A stretch of DNA of 64,000 nucleotides, taken from positions 6,949 to 70,948 of the IMG/VR virus record IMGVR_UViG_3300047316_000726; one strand, given 5' to 3'. The DNA comes from a virus. Position numbers and translations under genes: made by a program. The notes under the pieces are model-generated. The model was not told the DNA's origin. It was given only the letters and a program-made list of their open reading frames with translations, and searched no databases. This document shows, piece by piece, positions 19,610-28,390 of this stretch; within the stretch, counting starts at the first letter, position 1, and every line of letters begins with the position of its first letter.

Positions 19610-19650
19610 CAGCCGTCACCTCCAGCACGTGGTAGCGGCCGCGCTCGGCA

Positions 19651-20169
19651 TCAGGGGCGTCCCACCACGGATGCCGAGAACGTCACCGACGTCGGGCTGC
19701 CGGTGAACGTCCACCCGAACTGGGCCTGGGTGGTGAGGACGCTGGGGACCCAGATCTGCGTTGCGGTCGCGGTTCCGGACTGGCCGGGGCCGACGTTGAC
19801 CGACACCGTCCCCGCCGCGGACAGCCCCACCGCGGGCGCCCACATCGGATACCACAGGCCGTCCGCGCCCAGCCGGTTGAGGAAGAACTTCACGGTCGGC
19901 GAGGTGCCGCCGGTGAACGCGGTGATGCTCAGGTCGACGGCCAGCGCGGTGAACGGCGTGGTGAGTACCGTGTCGCCAGCGTTCGGGCTAGACCGTGCCA
20001 GCGCCGGGTACGTCAGGGAGTTCTGCGCACCAGACAAGGATGTTGGCCCGACGAGGTTGCCTTCGCCGTCGGACAGCACGACAACCGTCGCGGGAGGGGT
20101 GGCGGGGTTGGTGGTGCCTTGGGTGACGGCCCGGACGTTGCTGAAGGACGTGATGATCGTGGCGGCCAT
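19651..20169 (-). CDS. Putative capsid decoration/beta-sandwich protein
   Basis: Thr/Gly/Ser-rich beta pattern, downstream of the capsid gene. Confidence 0.5.
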   Translation of the reverse strand: MAATIITSFSNVRAVTQGTTNPATPPATVVVLSDGEGNLVGPTSLSGAQNSLTYPALARSSPNAGDTVLTTPFTALAVDLSITAFTGGTSPTVKFFLNRLGADGLWYPMWAPAVGLSAAGTVSVNVGPGQSGTATATQIWVPSVLTTQAQFGWTFTGSPTSVTFSASVVGRP

Positions 20170-20459
20170 CAGTCACCAGCCGTCGTGGGACGTTCCCACT
20201 GGCCGTCCACGCACCCGGCGGAGGTGACGACCTCGGGCCAGCCGTCGGGGAAGTGCACGCGGCACAGCGGGTTCGGATCCGGATCGGCCGGATCTGCAGC
20301 CGGCGGAGTGGTGTCGACACCCTGCTCGTCGACGGGGGTTTCCGGCTCCGGCTCCGGCTCGACAGGGTCCGGCGCGCTGACCTCGTCCTGGGTAACGTCC
20401 ACGGCGGGGTCGACGTCGGCTGCCGGAGCGGTCTTGCGGTTGGGTACGCCTCGTGGCAT
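20169..20459 (-). CDS. Small acidic Pro-rich protein
   Basis: AGGAG RBS, operon packing. Confidence 0.55.
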   Translation of the reverse strand: MPRGVPNRKTAPAADVDPAVDVTQDEVSAPDPVEPEPEPETPVDEQGVDTTPPAADPADPDPNPLCRVHFPDGWPEVVTSAGCVDGQWERPTTAGD

Positions 20460-20461
20460 GA

Positions 20462-20728
20462 CTACGACTCCTCTTTCTGACACTGGTTTCCGCATCGTCC
20501 GCAGTGGACGAAGAACGAGGCAAACCCGCACTCACTGCAGTGGTAGCCACCGACTGCGGCCGCGGTGCCGCTGATGCTCGCCGGGAACGCGCCCTCAGCA
20601 CGCAGCGCACGCTCGTGGCGCGGGTTGTTCACCTCGACGATCTGGCCCTGGTACTTGGTGGAGCGCCCGGTCTGGGCGCCTTCCACCGTGATCCCGCGGC
20701 AGGACGAGTCGGGCATACACAGCCGCAT
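20462..20728 (-). CDS. Small zinc-ribbon protein
   Basis: CSECGF...CGRCG motif; GAAAGGGAG RBS. Confidence 0.65.
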   Translation of the reverse strand: MRLCMPDSSCRGITVEGAQTGRSTKYQGQIVEVNNPRHERALRAEGAFPASISGTAAAVGGYHCSECGFASFFVHCGRCGNQCQKEES

Positions 20729-20761
20729 GGTCGGCTCCCTTTCAGACGCTGACACACATCA

Positions 20762-20796
20762 GCCCCGCACCTGTGGAGCTGCGTGAGGTGCGGGGC
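20762..20796 (-). terminator. Hairpin after the capsid gene
   Basis: 11-bp inverted repeat GCCCCGCACCT / AGGTGCGGGGC. Confidence 0.6.
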
Positions 20797-20819
20797 CGAT
20801 GCGTGGTTGGAGTGGACGG

Positions 20820-22559
20820 TCAGGCGAGCTGAATGCCCCGCACAGCGCCATTCCAGGCGGGCGCGTAGCAGACGAACGTGCCGAACCAGTACGACGAGGA
20901 CTCGTAGCTGAACTGCTGGACCGGCCAGTCCATGCCCAGGTAGTCCTGCACGTTGAACGCTGCCCAGACGTTGCTGACCTGGGTGTCGGGGATCGGCAGG
21001 GTGTCGGAGATGATCGCGGAGTTGCCCTGCGGCATCCACGGGTGCACCTCGACGTCGACGGTCTTGCCGGTGACCTCGTTGACGATGCTGGAGACGATGG
21101 ATCCGAGGGTGACGCCGGTGACCTCGTCCTGGGTGACCTTGAACTGGTACGGGCCGCCCGAGGTGCTCTTGAGCGCGTCGGAGAGCTGCTTGCGGTCGCG
21201 GCCGTTCTGCATGATCCGGTCCGGGTCGGCCTTGACCGCGTCGAACATCGCGGCGAACGCCGTCTGGTACTCCGCACCCGGGTTCGAGGTGGAGAACGTG
21301 GTGTTGATGGCGTTGTTGTAGCCGGAGTTGGCGCCGGTGCAGTAGGCCCAGATGCCGTCGTAGCCCGCGGCGAATCCGGTGCCGCCGTCGGCGGCCGCCA
21401 GGTTCACCGTCGCACCGGACGGGAGGGCGTAGGCGGCGACGCTGGACCCGGAGGTCGGCAGCGCGCCCTGGAGCGTGATCTTGTTGTAGCCCGAGCGGAT
21501 CGAGGTGACGAACCAGCGCGCGGCGTCACCCGGGTCCGAGGAACCGGTGCTCACGAACATCCTGGCGCCGGTGGCCCCGGCGGGGAGGGTGTAGGTGACG
21601 TCGACGACCTGAGTGGACGGTGCGGCCGACACCGCGGCGGAGGTCTGAGAGACACCCCAGTCGCCGAGTTCGGCGACGATCTTGACGTACACGTTGGTGG
21701 AGACACCGGTGATCGCGGTCTCCCCGGCTGCCGCGGACCGGGCGGTCGCGGTGCCGATGGTCGGTGCGGCGAGCACACCGACGTACGGGGAGGTGGTGCC
21801 GCGCCCGTACAGCATCATGCGCTCTTCCATCAGCATCGAGCTGTAGAGGAGGTGGGTGCGGGAGACCTGGCGGATGTCCTGGTATCCCTGGCCGGCGTAC
21901 TGCGCGGACCACGTCACCTCGTCGGAGAGGCTGAACTGCATGTAGGGCAGCGACGTGTCGATACCGGCGTAGCTGATCTTCGGGCCACGGTTGTAGTACA
22001 GGGCGTTCGAGGAGCCGGACACCGCGAAGTTGTTCTGGGTGGTGTCGACGATGCCGGGGTGGACCACACCGACGCCACCGGTGCCGCTACCGGTGAACCC
22101 GGTGATGGTCTTGAACCGGTGTGACGTGCCAATCCCGCGCTCGCGTGGGATCCGGTTGCGGATCGGCGTCGGGCGCGGCGCCAGCTCCTTCATCGGCGCC
22201 TCGAGGTCGAACGCGACCGCGCCGGTGGGGATCGGGCTGGTGAGATTGAAATCCTTCATCAAGTCAGGCGACGTGGACTTCAGCTGCTCCAGCGAGGCCT
22301 GGATGGAGGCCAGGGAGTTCGCGTCCAGTCCCTTGGTCGCCTGCGCGTTGAGGGTCTTGGTCAGCGCCTCGAACGCGTTGGTCGGCGTAGCGGAGAAGTC
22401 GACGCCTTCGGTGCGGAACCGAATGACTTCCTCGCGGGTCAGGTTCTTCTCAGGGGTTTCGTTGAGCTTCCCGAGGAACCTGTCGAATGTCTTCGACAGC
22501 TCAGCGCTGTCCATGTCGCGGCCACCGAACAGAGTGCTCGGGGTCAGTGCCTGCACCAC
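20820..22559 (-). CDS. Major capsid protein (HK97-like) with N-terminal delta-like segment and internal insertion
   Basis: AAAGGAG RBS before GTG; follows protease gene; FDLEAPMK.L.P..TP.RNRIPR and EVHPWMPQG.....S..LP motifs. Confidence 0.85.
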   Translation of the reverse strand: MVQALTPSTLFGGRDMDSAELSKTFDRFLGKLNETPEKNLTREEVIRFRTEGVDFSATPTNAFEALTKTLNAQATKGLDANSLASIQASLEQLKSTSPDLMKDFNLTSPIPTGAVAFDLEAPMKELAPRPTPIRNRIPRERGIGTSHRFKTITGFTGSGTGGVGVVHPGIVDTTQNNFAVSGSSNALYYNRGPKISYAGIDTSLPYMQFSLSDEVTWSAQYAGQGYQDIRQVSRTHLLYSSMLMEERMMLYGRGTTSPYVGVLAAPTIGTATARSAAAGETAITGVSTNVYVKIVAELGDWGVSQTSAAVSAAPSTQVVDVTYTLPAGATGARMFVSTGSSDPGDAARWFVTSIRSGYNKITLQGALPTSGSSVAAYALPSGATVNLAAADGGTGFAAGYDGIWAYCTGANSGYNNAINTTFSTSNPGAEYQTAFAAMFDAVKADPDRIMQNGRDRKQLSDALKSTSGGPYQFKVTQDEVTGVTLGSIVSSIVNEVTGKTVDVEVHPWMPQGNSAIISDTLPIPDTQVSNVWAAFNVQDYLGMDWPVQQFSYESSSYWFGTFVCYAPAWNGAVRGIQLA

Positions 22560-22591
22560 GGCAGACTCCTTTCTGCGAAGTAGAGAGGGGG

Positions 22592-24466
22592 TTACTTGTC
22601 GGCCTTCGCGATCAGCTCGGCCGCGCGCACCCGGTAGCCGTCGGCCAGTCGCGCGTCGTGGTGCTGGACGTCGGCGGCCTTCGACAGGAGCGCTTCGGCT
22701 TCCTTACGAAGGGCGACGGCGTCACTGACCCGTGCGACGGCGGCCTGTGTGGCGGTTCGGGTGATGACCGGCCCTCCCGGCTCCGGCAGCGACAGCGCCT
22801 TCTGCAGGTCGGCCTCCAGCGCCTGGATGCGCTCTTCGGAGGTCTTCGTTGCGGCGGCGACTGCGCTCTTCACCAGTTCAGTGAGGCGGTTCTGTTCGTC
22901 CGTGCCCGGTGTGGGCGCGGTGGTCTTGGTGTCCACAGGGGACTCGGACTTGGTGGCGTCGGAGGTGGCGGCGAGGTACACCTCGACGACCTCGACACCG
23001 TCACTGTCGGGCTCGACGTAGGGCGAGGTGGTCTCGCCGCCGCGGGCTTCGCCCTGCCACCACCGCAGGAACATCGACAGGGAGCACAGCAACTGGTCGA
23101 CGTCGCACAGTTCAGGCTGTCCGGCGCGCAGCTCGTCGAGCTCGGCCTTGATGACGGCCACGAGGCTGTCGCGGATCGCGGCCAGCTCGGCGGGATCGTG
23201 GGTGAGTTCCGAACCCGCGCCGCCTCCAGACTCGGCGGTGTTCTCGCCGTCGGCCTTGACCAACTCGGCGAGGACTGCCTTCCAGTCGTCCGGTATCAGC
23301 GCGCTCTGCCCGAGGCGCTTGGCCTCGGACTTGATGTGCGCCTGGATCTTGTCCTTGTCGGAGTCCTTGCCGCGGCCGAAGGCCAAGATCGCGTCCTTGA
23401 GGTCCTGGACGCTGTCGATCGGGTAGCGGGGCTTCCCGCCGGGCTTCAGTGGCGGCATCGCACCCTTGGCCACCAGGAGAACCTGGACGTTCTCGGGAAT
23501 CTCAGCGACCTCGGCCGGGGTCAGGCCGTAGAGCTTGACCAACTGCTCGCTCCGTGCGACGGCGGCCTTCTCCTCGTCGGTGCCCTGGAACGTGTTCAGC
23601 GTCGCGGTGAGGGCATCGAGGAACGTCTTGGAGTCGACGGAGGCCCCGTTGAAGGTGATCACGTCGCTTGCCGCGGCTCCCACAGGCTCCGTGACCACCG
23701 CGGTCACCGGCTCGACCGCTGGTGCGTCGACAACCGGCCCCGGCTCGACGTCGGAAACCACGGCCTCCGGCGCGGCAACAGCCGGCTCCTCGACCAGCAC
23801 GGGCTCGACCACGGCCGCGGTCTGCTCGACGACCACGTCCTCGACGACCTCGGTCACGGTCTCGGCGTCAGGCTCGGCGACCGCCGTGGTGTTCTTCCGC
23901 GACACCAGCTTCGCCAGATCGGCAGGAGAGAACTTCGTGGCACCGACGGAAATGGTGACCTCATCGGAGGCGGGCTCAACCTCGGCCGGCTCCCAGTGGG
24001 CTTCGTTCCCGCCGGCCATCTTGCAGATCGCCAGCTTCGCCGTCGGGTTGCACGGCCGGTCGACGTAGCTGATTTCGCAGATGTTGCCGCCGACGATCCA
24101 CTCCTGACCGTCCCGGACGGTGATGTGCGGGGAGTTGATGCCGATGCTGTAGCCCTTGAGGACTTTCTTCTCGATGCGGTTCGCCGTTCCCGGATCGACG
24201 ACGAGGCTCTTGACGTACCAGTCGTCGCCCTGCTCCAGCAGTTCGACACCGACACCTGCGGCGACAGGCTGGTGCATCTCCCGCACATTGGCCCACTCGA
24301 ACCAATCGGGCATCGCCGACTTCAACCACGCGGGGTCGCAGCGCTGTCCGTCCAGGTCGAGGTCCGCGCCGGTCGCCTTGCCGTACACGAACAGATCACC
24401 TGTGACGGGGTCTCGCTCCGTCTTGGTGATGTCCGCCGCGTAGGCGTAGGCGAGGTTGGTGGTCAT
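22592..24466 (-). CDS. Prohead protease fused to scaffold-like regions
   Basis: VYGKAT..DLDLDGQ...VREMHQP..AG...KGYSIG protease motifs (His/Ser), acidic linker, C-terminal coiled coil. Confidence 0.8.
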   Translation of the reverse strand: MTTNLAYAYAADITKTERDPVTGDLFVYGKATGADLDLDGQRCDPAWLKSAMPDWFEWANVREMHQPVAAGVGVELLEQGDDWYVKSLVVDPGTANRIEKKVLKGYSIGINSPHITVRDGQEWIVGGNICEISYVDRPCNPTAKLAICKMAGGNEAHWEPAEVEPASDEVTISVGATKFSPADLAKLVSRKNTTAVAEPDAETVTEVVEDVVVEQTAAVVEPVLVEEPAVAAPEAVVSDVEPGPVVDAPAVEPVTAVVTEPVGAAASDVITFNGASVDSKTFLDALTATLNTFQGTDEEKAAVARSEQLVKLYGLTPAEVAEIPENVQVLLVAKGAMPPLKPGGKPRYPIDSVQDLKDAILAFGRGKDSDKDKIQAHIKSEAKRLGQSALIPDDWKAVLAELVKADGENTAESGGGAGSELTHDPAELAAIRDSLVAVIKAELDELRAGQPELCDVDQLLCSLSMFLRWWQGEARGGETTSPYVEPDSDGVEVVEVYLAATSDATKSESPVDTKTTAPTPGTDEQNRLTELVKSAVAAATKTSEERIQALEADLQKALSLPEPGGPVITRTATQAAVARVSDAVALRKEAEALLSKAADVQHHDARLADGYRVRAAELIAKADK

Positions 24467-24502
24467 GACGTCCTCCAGTGGTGGCCGACAGACCGGCCGA
24501 AC

Positions 24503-25701
24503 TAGTGGTGCGGCTCAAATCGTCAACCCGGTAATTGATCTTCGCTGGCAGTGAGGTCAGGCTGGTCCCGTAGATCGAGTGCGGGAGGTGGTTGTGGCTC
24601 GTCGTCCAGAGGTGTTCGTCCGGTCGCTGTCGATGGAGGAAGGCCGGAAGCTGCAGCGGGTGACCAGGACCGCGAAGGACCCGGTCAAGATGCGTCGGGC
24701 GATCGTGGTGCTGATGTCCGGCCAAGGGCAGGCGGTCCGGGACATCACGTCATTGCTGCAGGTCAGCGACGACTACGTGCGCGATGTGATCCATGCGTTC
24801 AACGAGCGGGGGTTCGATGCCCTGAACCCAAAATGGAGCGGCGGGCGACCGAAGACGATCGGTGAGCAGATCCGTCAGCGGATCTGTCTGATCGCCCGGA
24901 CGTCTCCCGCCGACTGGGGCATCACCGCGTTCGCGACCTGGTCGCTGTCCAAGCTGGCCACACATCTGATCGACCGCGGCACCGTCGTGGCGATCAGCCG
25001 GGAGACCTTGCGGCGGATCCTGCGTGCCGGTGGTGTGTCGTGGCAGACCACCACGACGTGGAAGGCTTCCACCGACCCGGACTTCATCGCCAAGATGCAC
25101 CGCATCCTTGATCTCTACGATCATCCGCCCACCGATGGCCGGGTGGTGTGCGTGGACGAGTTCGGACCGCTGAACCTGATGCCACGTAAGGGAAAAGCCT
25201 GGCGATTACGCGGCAAGCCGCGGCGGCTGCGGGCGACCTACAACCGCAACGACGGCGTGATGCACATGCTCGCCGCCCTCGACCTGGCCACCGGCAAGAT
25301 CTTCTACCGGATCCGTTCCCGCAAACGCCACCGCGAGTTCCTCGACCTGCTCAAGACCCTGCGGGCACGCTGGCCCGGGGAGAAGCTCTACGTTATCGCC
25401 GACAACTTCTCCCCGCATCGCCACCCGAAGGTCCGCGCGTGGTGCGCCGACCACCACGTCGAGTTGGTGTTCCTGCCGACCTACGGGTCGTGGTTGAACT
25501 GGATCGAGGCCGAGTTCGCCGCGCTGCGGTACTTCGCCCTCAACGGCACCGACCACCGCACCCACACCGAACAGAATGCCGCGATCGAGGCCTACATCCG
25601 CTGGCGCAACGCCCGCACCCACCCCAAGACCGGATTCGCCACCGACTCACCCATCCGAACCTGGACCCATTACCCGGTCAAGGCTGCGTGACACGCCACT
25701 A
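24503..25701 (+). mobile_element. IS630-family insertion sequence
   Basis: Flanked by TA at 24503-24504 and 25700-25701, each in a CTAG context; imperfect terminal IR TAGTGGTGCGGC / TAGTGGCGTGTC. Confidence 0.85.
24594..25691 (+). CDS. tnp: IS630 transposase, intact single ORF
   Basis: N-terminal HTH region; DDE triad VCVDEFG / IADNFSPH / LNWIEAEF; GGAGG RBS. Confidence 0.92.
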   Translation: MARRPEVFVRSLSMEEGRKLQRVTRTAKDPVKMRRAIVVLMSGQGQAVRDITSLLQVSDDYVRDVIHAFNERGFDALNPKWSGGRPKTIGEQIRQRICLIARTSPADWGITAFATWSLSKLATHLIDRGTVVAISRETLRRILRAGGVSWQTTTTWKASTDPDFIAKMHRILDLYDHPPTDGRVVCVDEFGPLNLMPRKGKAWRLRGKPRRLRATYNRNDGVMHMLAALDLATGKIFYRIRSRKRHREFLDLLKTLRARWPGEKLYVIADNFSPHRHPKVRAWCADHHVELVFLPTYGSWLNWIEAEFAALRYFALNGTDHRTHTEQNAAIEAYIRWRNARTHPKTGFATDSPIRTWTHYPVKAA

Positions 25702-28362
25702 GGAGCGGTAGGGGAAGATCGCGCACCGGCACGACGGGTGCTCAGGTGGGCTGTAGGAGCCAGTGGGGAACGGTTGTCCAAACCGGACAGGGGAGCCTGC
25801 CGCGTTTTCCTGACAGCGGGGACAGGCGTCGGCGGCCGCCACCCACTCCAGCTCGGTGAGTCCGTTGAGGCGGGCCAGGTCGTACCGCGTCAACGCCGCG
25901 CCGGACACCGCACGGCTGACCTCGGTCACCGCGATCCGGCCGACCATCGCCTCATCGGTGAGGATGTCGGCCAACTCGGTGCTGAGGTCGTCGACAGTCG
26001 GCTGTCCACCGACCGCATCGGAGAGCGCCTTCGCCACCTCGCGTACCCGGGTGGAGTTGATGCCCTCCGAGATGCGGCCCGCATCGGCCAGGACGTCCTG
26101 CAGCCCCGGATCCATGCCGTTGGCGGCGATGAGCAGTCGAGTCTCGGCAGGACTGCCCGGTGTCCACTCGCCCCAGTCGACTTGTTCGGCACCGGCCAGC
26201 ACCGCCTGTGCAGCCTTGTCACCGACCAGGTAGGCGTCGACGTACAGGCCGAGCAGGACCTTGCGTACCAGCTTGGACACGCTCCAGCCGATGACGATCA
26301 GCCACTGCTCGGCGTCACGCCGCCGATCCTGATCCCCGGCCGCCTTGCGTACCTGCAGCCAGCGTTCAGCGATCGCCCGGGTAGGTGCTCCAGTCAAAGC
26401 CGACCGCAGCACGCCCGCCCAGTACTCGGCGACCTGAAGGTCTTTCTCCCAGGCCGGCCAGTGCCGGCCCCCGACTTTTGGGTCGGCTTCGCCTGCCTTG
26501 AACGCCACCAGACCGAGATCGACCTCATGCAGCATCGCCGTATTCCGGTCGATGTGGACGAACTCGAACGGGCGTCGCTTGGTACGCCCGTTGCGTACCC
26601 ACTTCCAGTAGGCAGCCAACTCCGCCTTGACCAGGTCCGCGGCGAGCGTCTTCCCAGCGGCCCCGGCCGATGCACCGTTTCCTGGCTTGGCTGGCTGCCC
26701 TGCTGGCTTGGCCACAGACTCGTCGTCACCATCTGCCTCGTCGGCGGACCGGTCCGTGGTCACCATGTTCAGCGGCGGCGCCTGCGGCGGAACGATCTCC
26801 TCCCCGGCGGGCGCGAGCAGTGACGCGTCCTCAACGAAGATGATGCCGCGGGCGGTCTGGACCTGTGGCATGTCGGCTTCGTCGAAGTCGTACGGGGCAC
26901 GGCCCATTTCCTCCCGGGCCTCGTTCAGAGTGATCCGCCCGGTCTTGAGCTGGGCCTCCACCACCGCGTCCGCGTTGGCCTGGTCCTCAGCATCGAGCCC
27001 AAGGAACTTGAACTCAAGCTCGCGCGGCATCCCGAGGTGGGTGCGGGAGATGTTGGTGAGCAGCGCCTGCAACCACTGGATCGTCGGGTTGGTGGCCTTG
27101 CGCTCCTGGACGTTCTCCTCGCCCTCGTGGAACCCGGCAGACCCCAGGCCCTTGGACTCGGTGAAACCGAGTTCGCTCATGGTGACGTCGAAGTGCATCG
27201 CCACGAGCTTGATCAGGTGCAGGTGGTAGTCCGGCTTGAACTTCTCCGGGATGTCCGCAGTGGGGATCGGCTCCATGCCCGGGGGCAGGAGGTGGTAGCG
27301 CATTCGGCTGAGCGTCTGGCCGGCATACAGGTCGTTGAACGCGCGGCTGTAGTCCGCCAACTGCTGGGGCGTCCACTGCTCCATGCCGGTGTTCTTGATC
27401 CAGCCGCTGGGGGCGACCCCATCGGTGTACTGGGCCTTGTCCCACTCCAGGCGGCGCAGGTACAGGTCGCAGTCCTGCAGGGCCTGCTCCACCGCCGAGT
27501 ACCCGTACGGGGTGATGGTGCGCACCGCACGGCGCCGGTAGATCAACCGGTCCGAGTCGAATCCGTTCAGGACGGTCCCGTCCTCGTCGGTGTCCGCGAT
27601 GAACTCGCCACGAGGAAAGCCCCACAGCACCTGCTGATAGGCCGGGTTCGGCGCCAACGGGCGTCCACCGAGGTGATCGAGCAACGGCTTGACCGTGGAC
27701 CCGTCGAGGATCCGCAAGCCCTGCTTGGCCTTGGCACGGTCCTGGAACGGCCAGATCGCGACGGCGTCGAGGACCAGGTGCTCCTCGAGGAGCTTCGAGA
27801 TCCAGTCGACCCAGGTCTCCCCCTGGTGGAAGTCCGGCATCTCCCAGAAGTCGCAGATGCGGGACACCTCGGGATCGAGCTGCTCTCGCAGGCGCCGCTG
27901 GATTTCCACACTGGACGTGTCTGGGTCCACCTTGCGGTGGGCCTGCATTGCCCGCTTGGTGACGACGATGTCCCATTCCAGGCTGGATATCTCGTTGGTA
28001 CGAATGCGGATGCAGTCCCGCACGACGGGGATCTCCGCAGCGTCGCGCAAAACTTTCCACGGGATGACCCGGTCGGTCATGCCCGGCAGGTTCATCGAGA
28101 CCGGGTACTCGTAGATCCGCGGCTCGGGGCGCCCACTCGCGGGGTTGAGCGGGTCGATGGCCCCGGTCTGCATCGGGATCCCGGGCCCGAACGGTACATG
28201 CGGCTCGGTGCGCGGCAGCGGGGTCGCGAGCTGTCCGGTGGACACGGTCTGCTGGTTCTGCAGCAGGGCCTGTACCTGGCCGGCGGTGAACGTCGCCGCC
28301 GGCTGGACGTGCTGACGGGGCGCCTTTTGGACCTGAGGAGAACGGCGTCGGCGCCTAGCCAC
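25699..28362 (-). CDS. Portal protein fused to MuF-like minor head domain
   Basis: Portal features (LVLDAVAIW, LDGSTVKPL, YGYSAVEQ, GRITLNEARE) followed by the MuF C-terminal signature EWVAA..ACPRCQEN...F......PPEHPSCRC. Confidence 0.85.
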   Translation of the reverse strand: MARRRRRSPQVQKAPRQHVQPAATFTAGQVQALLQNQQTVSTGQLATPLPRTEPHVPFGPGIPMQTGAIDPLNPASGRPEPRIYEYPVSMNLPGMTDRVIPWKVLRDAAEIPVVRDCIRIRTNEISSLEWDIVVTKRAMQAHRKVDPDTSSVEIQRRLREQLDPEVSRICDFWEMPDFHQGETWVDWISKLLEEHLVLDAVAIWPFQDRAKAKQGLRILDGSTVKPLLDHLGGRPLAPNPAYQQVLWGFPRGEFIADTDEDGTVLNGFDSDRLIYRRRAVRTITPYGYSAVEQALQDCDLYLRRLEWDKAQYTDGVAPSGWIKNTGMEQWTPQQLADYSRAFNDLYAGQTLSRMRYHLLPPGMEPIPTADIPEKFKPDYHLHLIKLVAMHFDVTMSELGFTESKGLGSAGFHEGEENVQERKATNPTIQWLQALLTNISRTHLGMPRELEFKFLGLDAEDQANADAVVEAQLKTGRITLNEAREEMGRAPYDFDEADMPQVQTARGIIFVEDASLLAPAGEEIVPPQAPPLNMVTTDRSADEADGDDESVAKPAGQPAKPGNGASAGAAGKTLAADLVKAELAAYWKWVRNGRTKRRPFEFVHIDRNTAMLHEVDLGLVAFKAGEADPKVGGRHWPAWEKDLQVAEYWAGVLRSALTGAPTRAIAERWLQVRKAAGDQDRRRDAEQWLIVIGWSVSKLVRKVLLGLYVDAYLVGDKAAQAVLAGAEQVDWGEWTPGSPAETRLLIAANGMDPGLQDVLADAGRISEGINSTRVREVAKALSDAVGGQPTVDDLSTELADILTDEAMVGRIAVTEVSRAVSGAALTRYDLARLNGLTELEWVAAADACPRCQENAAGSPVRFGQPFPTGSYSPPEHPSCRCAIFPYRS

Positions 28363-28390
28363 AGCTCACCCCCAAGGTGGTTGCTCGTGT

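Noticed and set aside
18746-24505. Long + strand ORFs (493, 441 and 672 aa)
   Set aside because: Shadows of the adaptor, capsid and protease genes.
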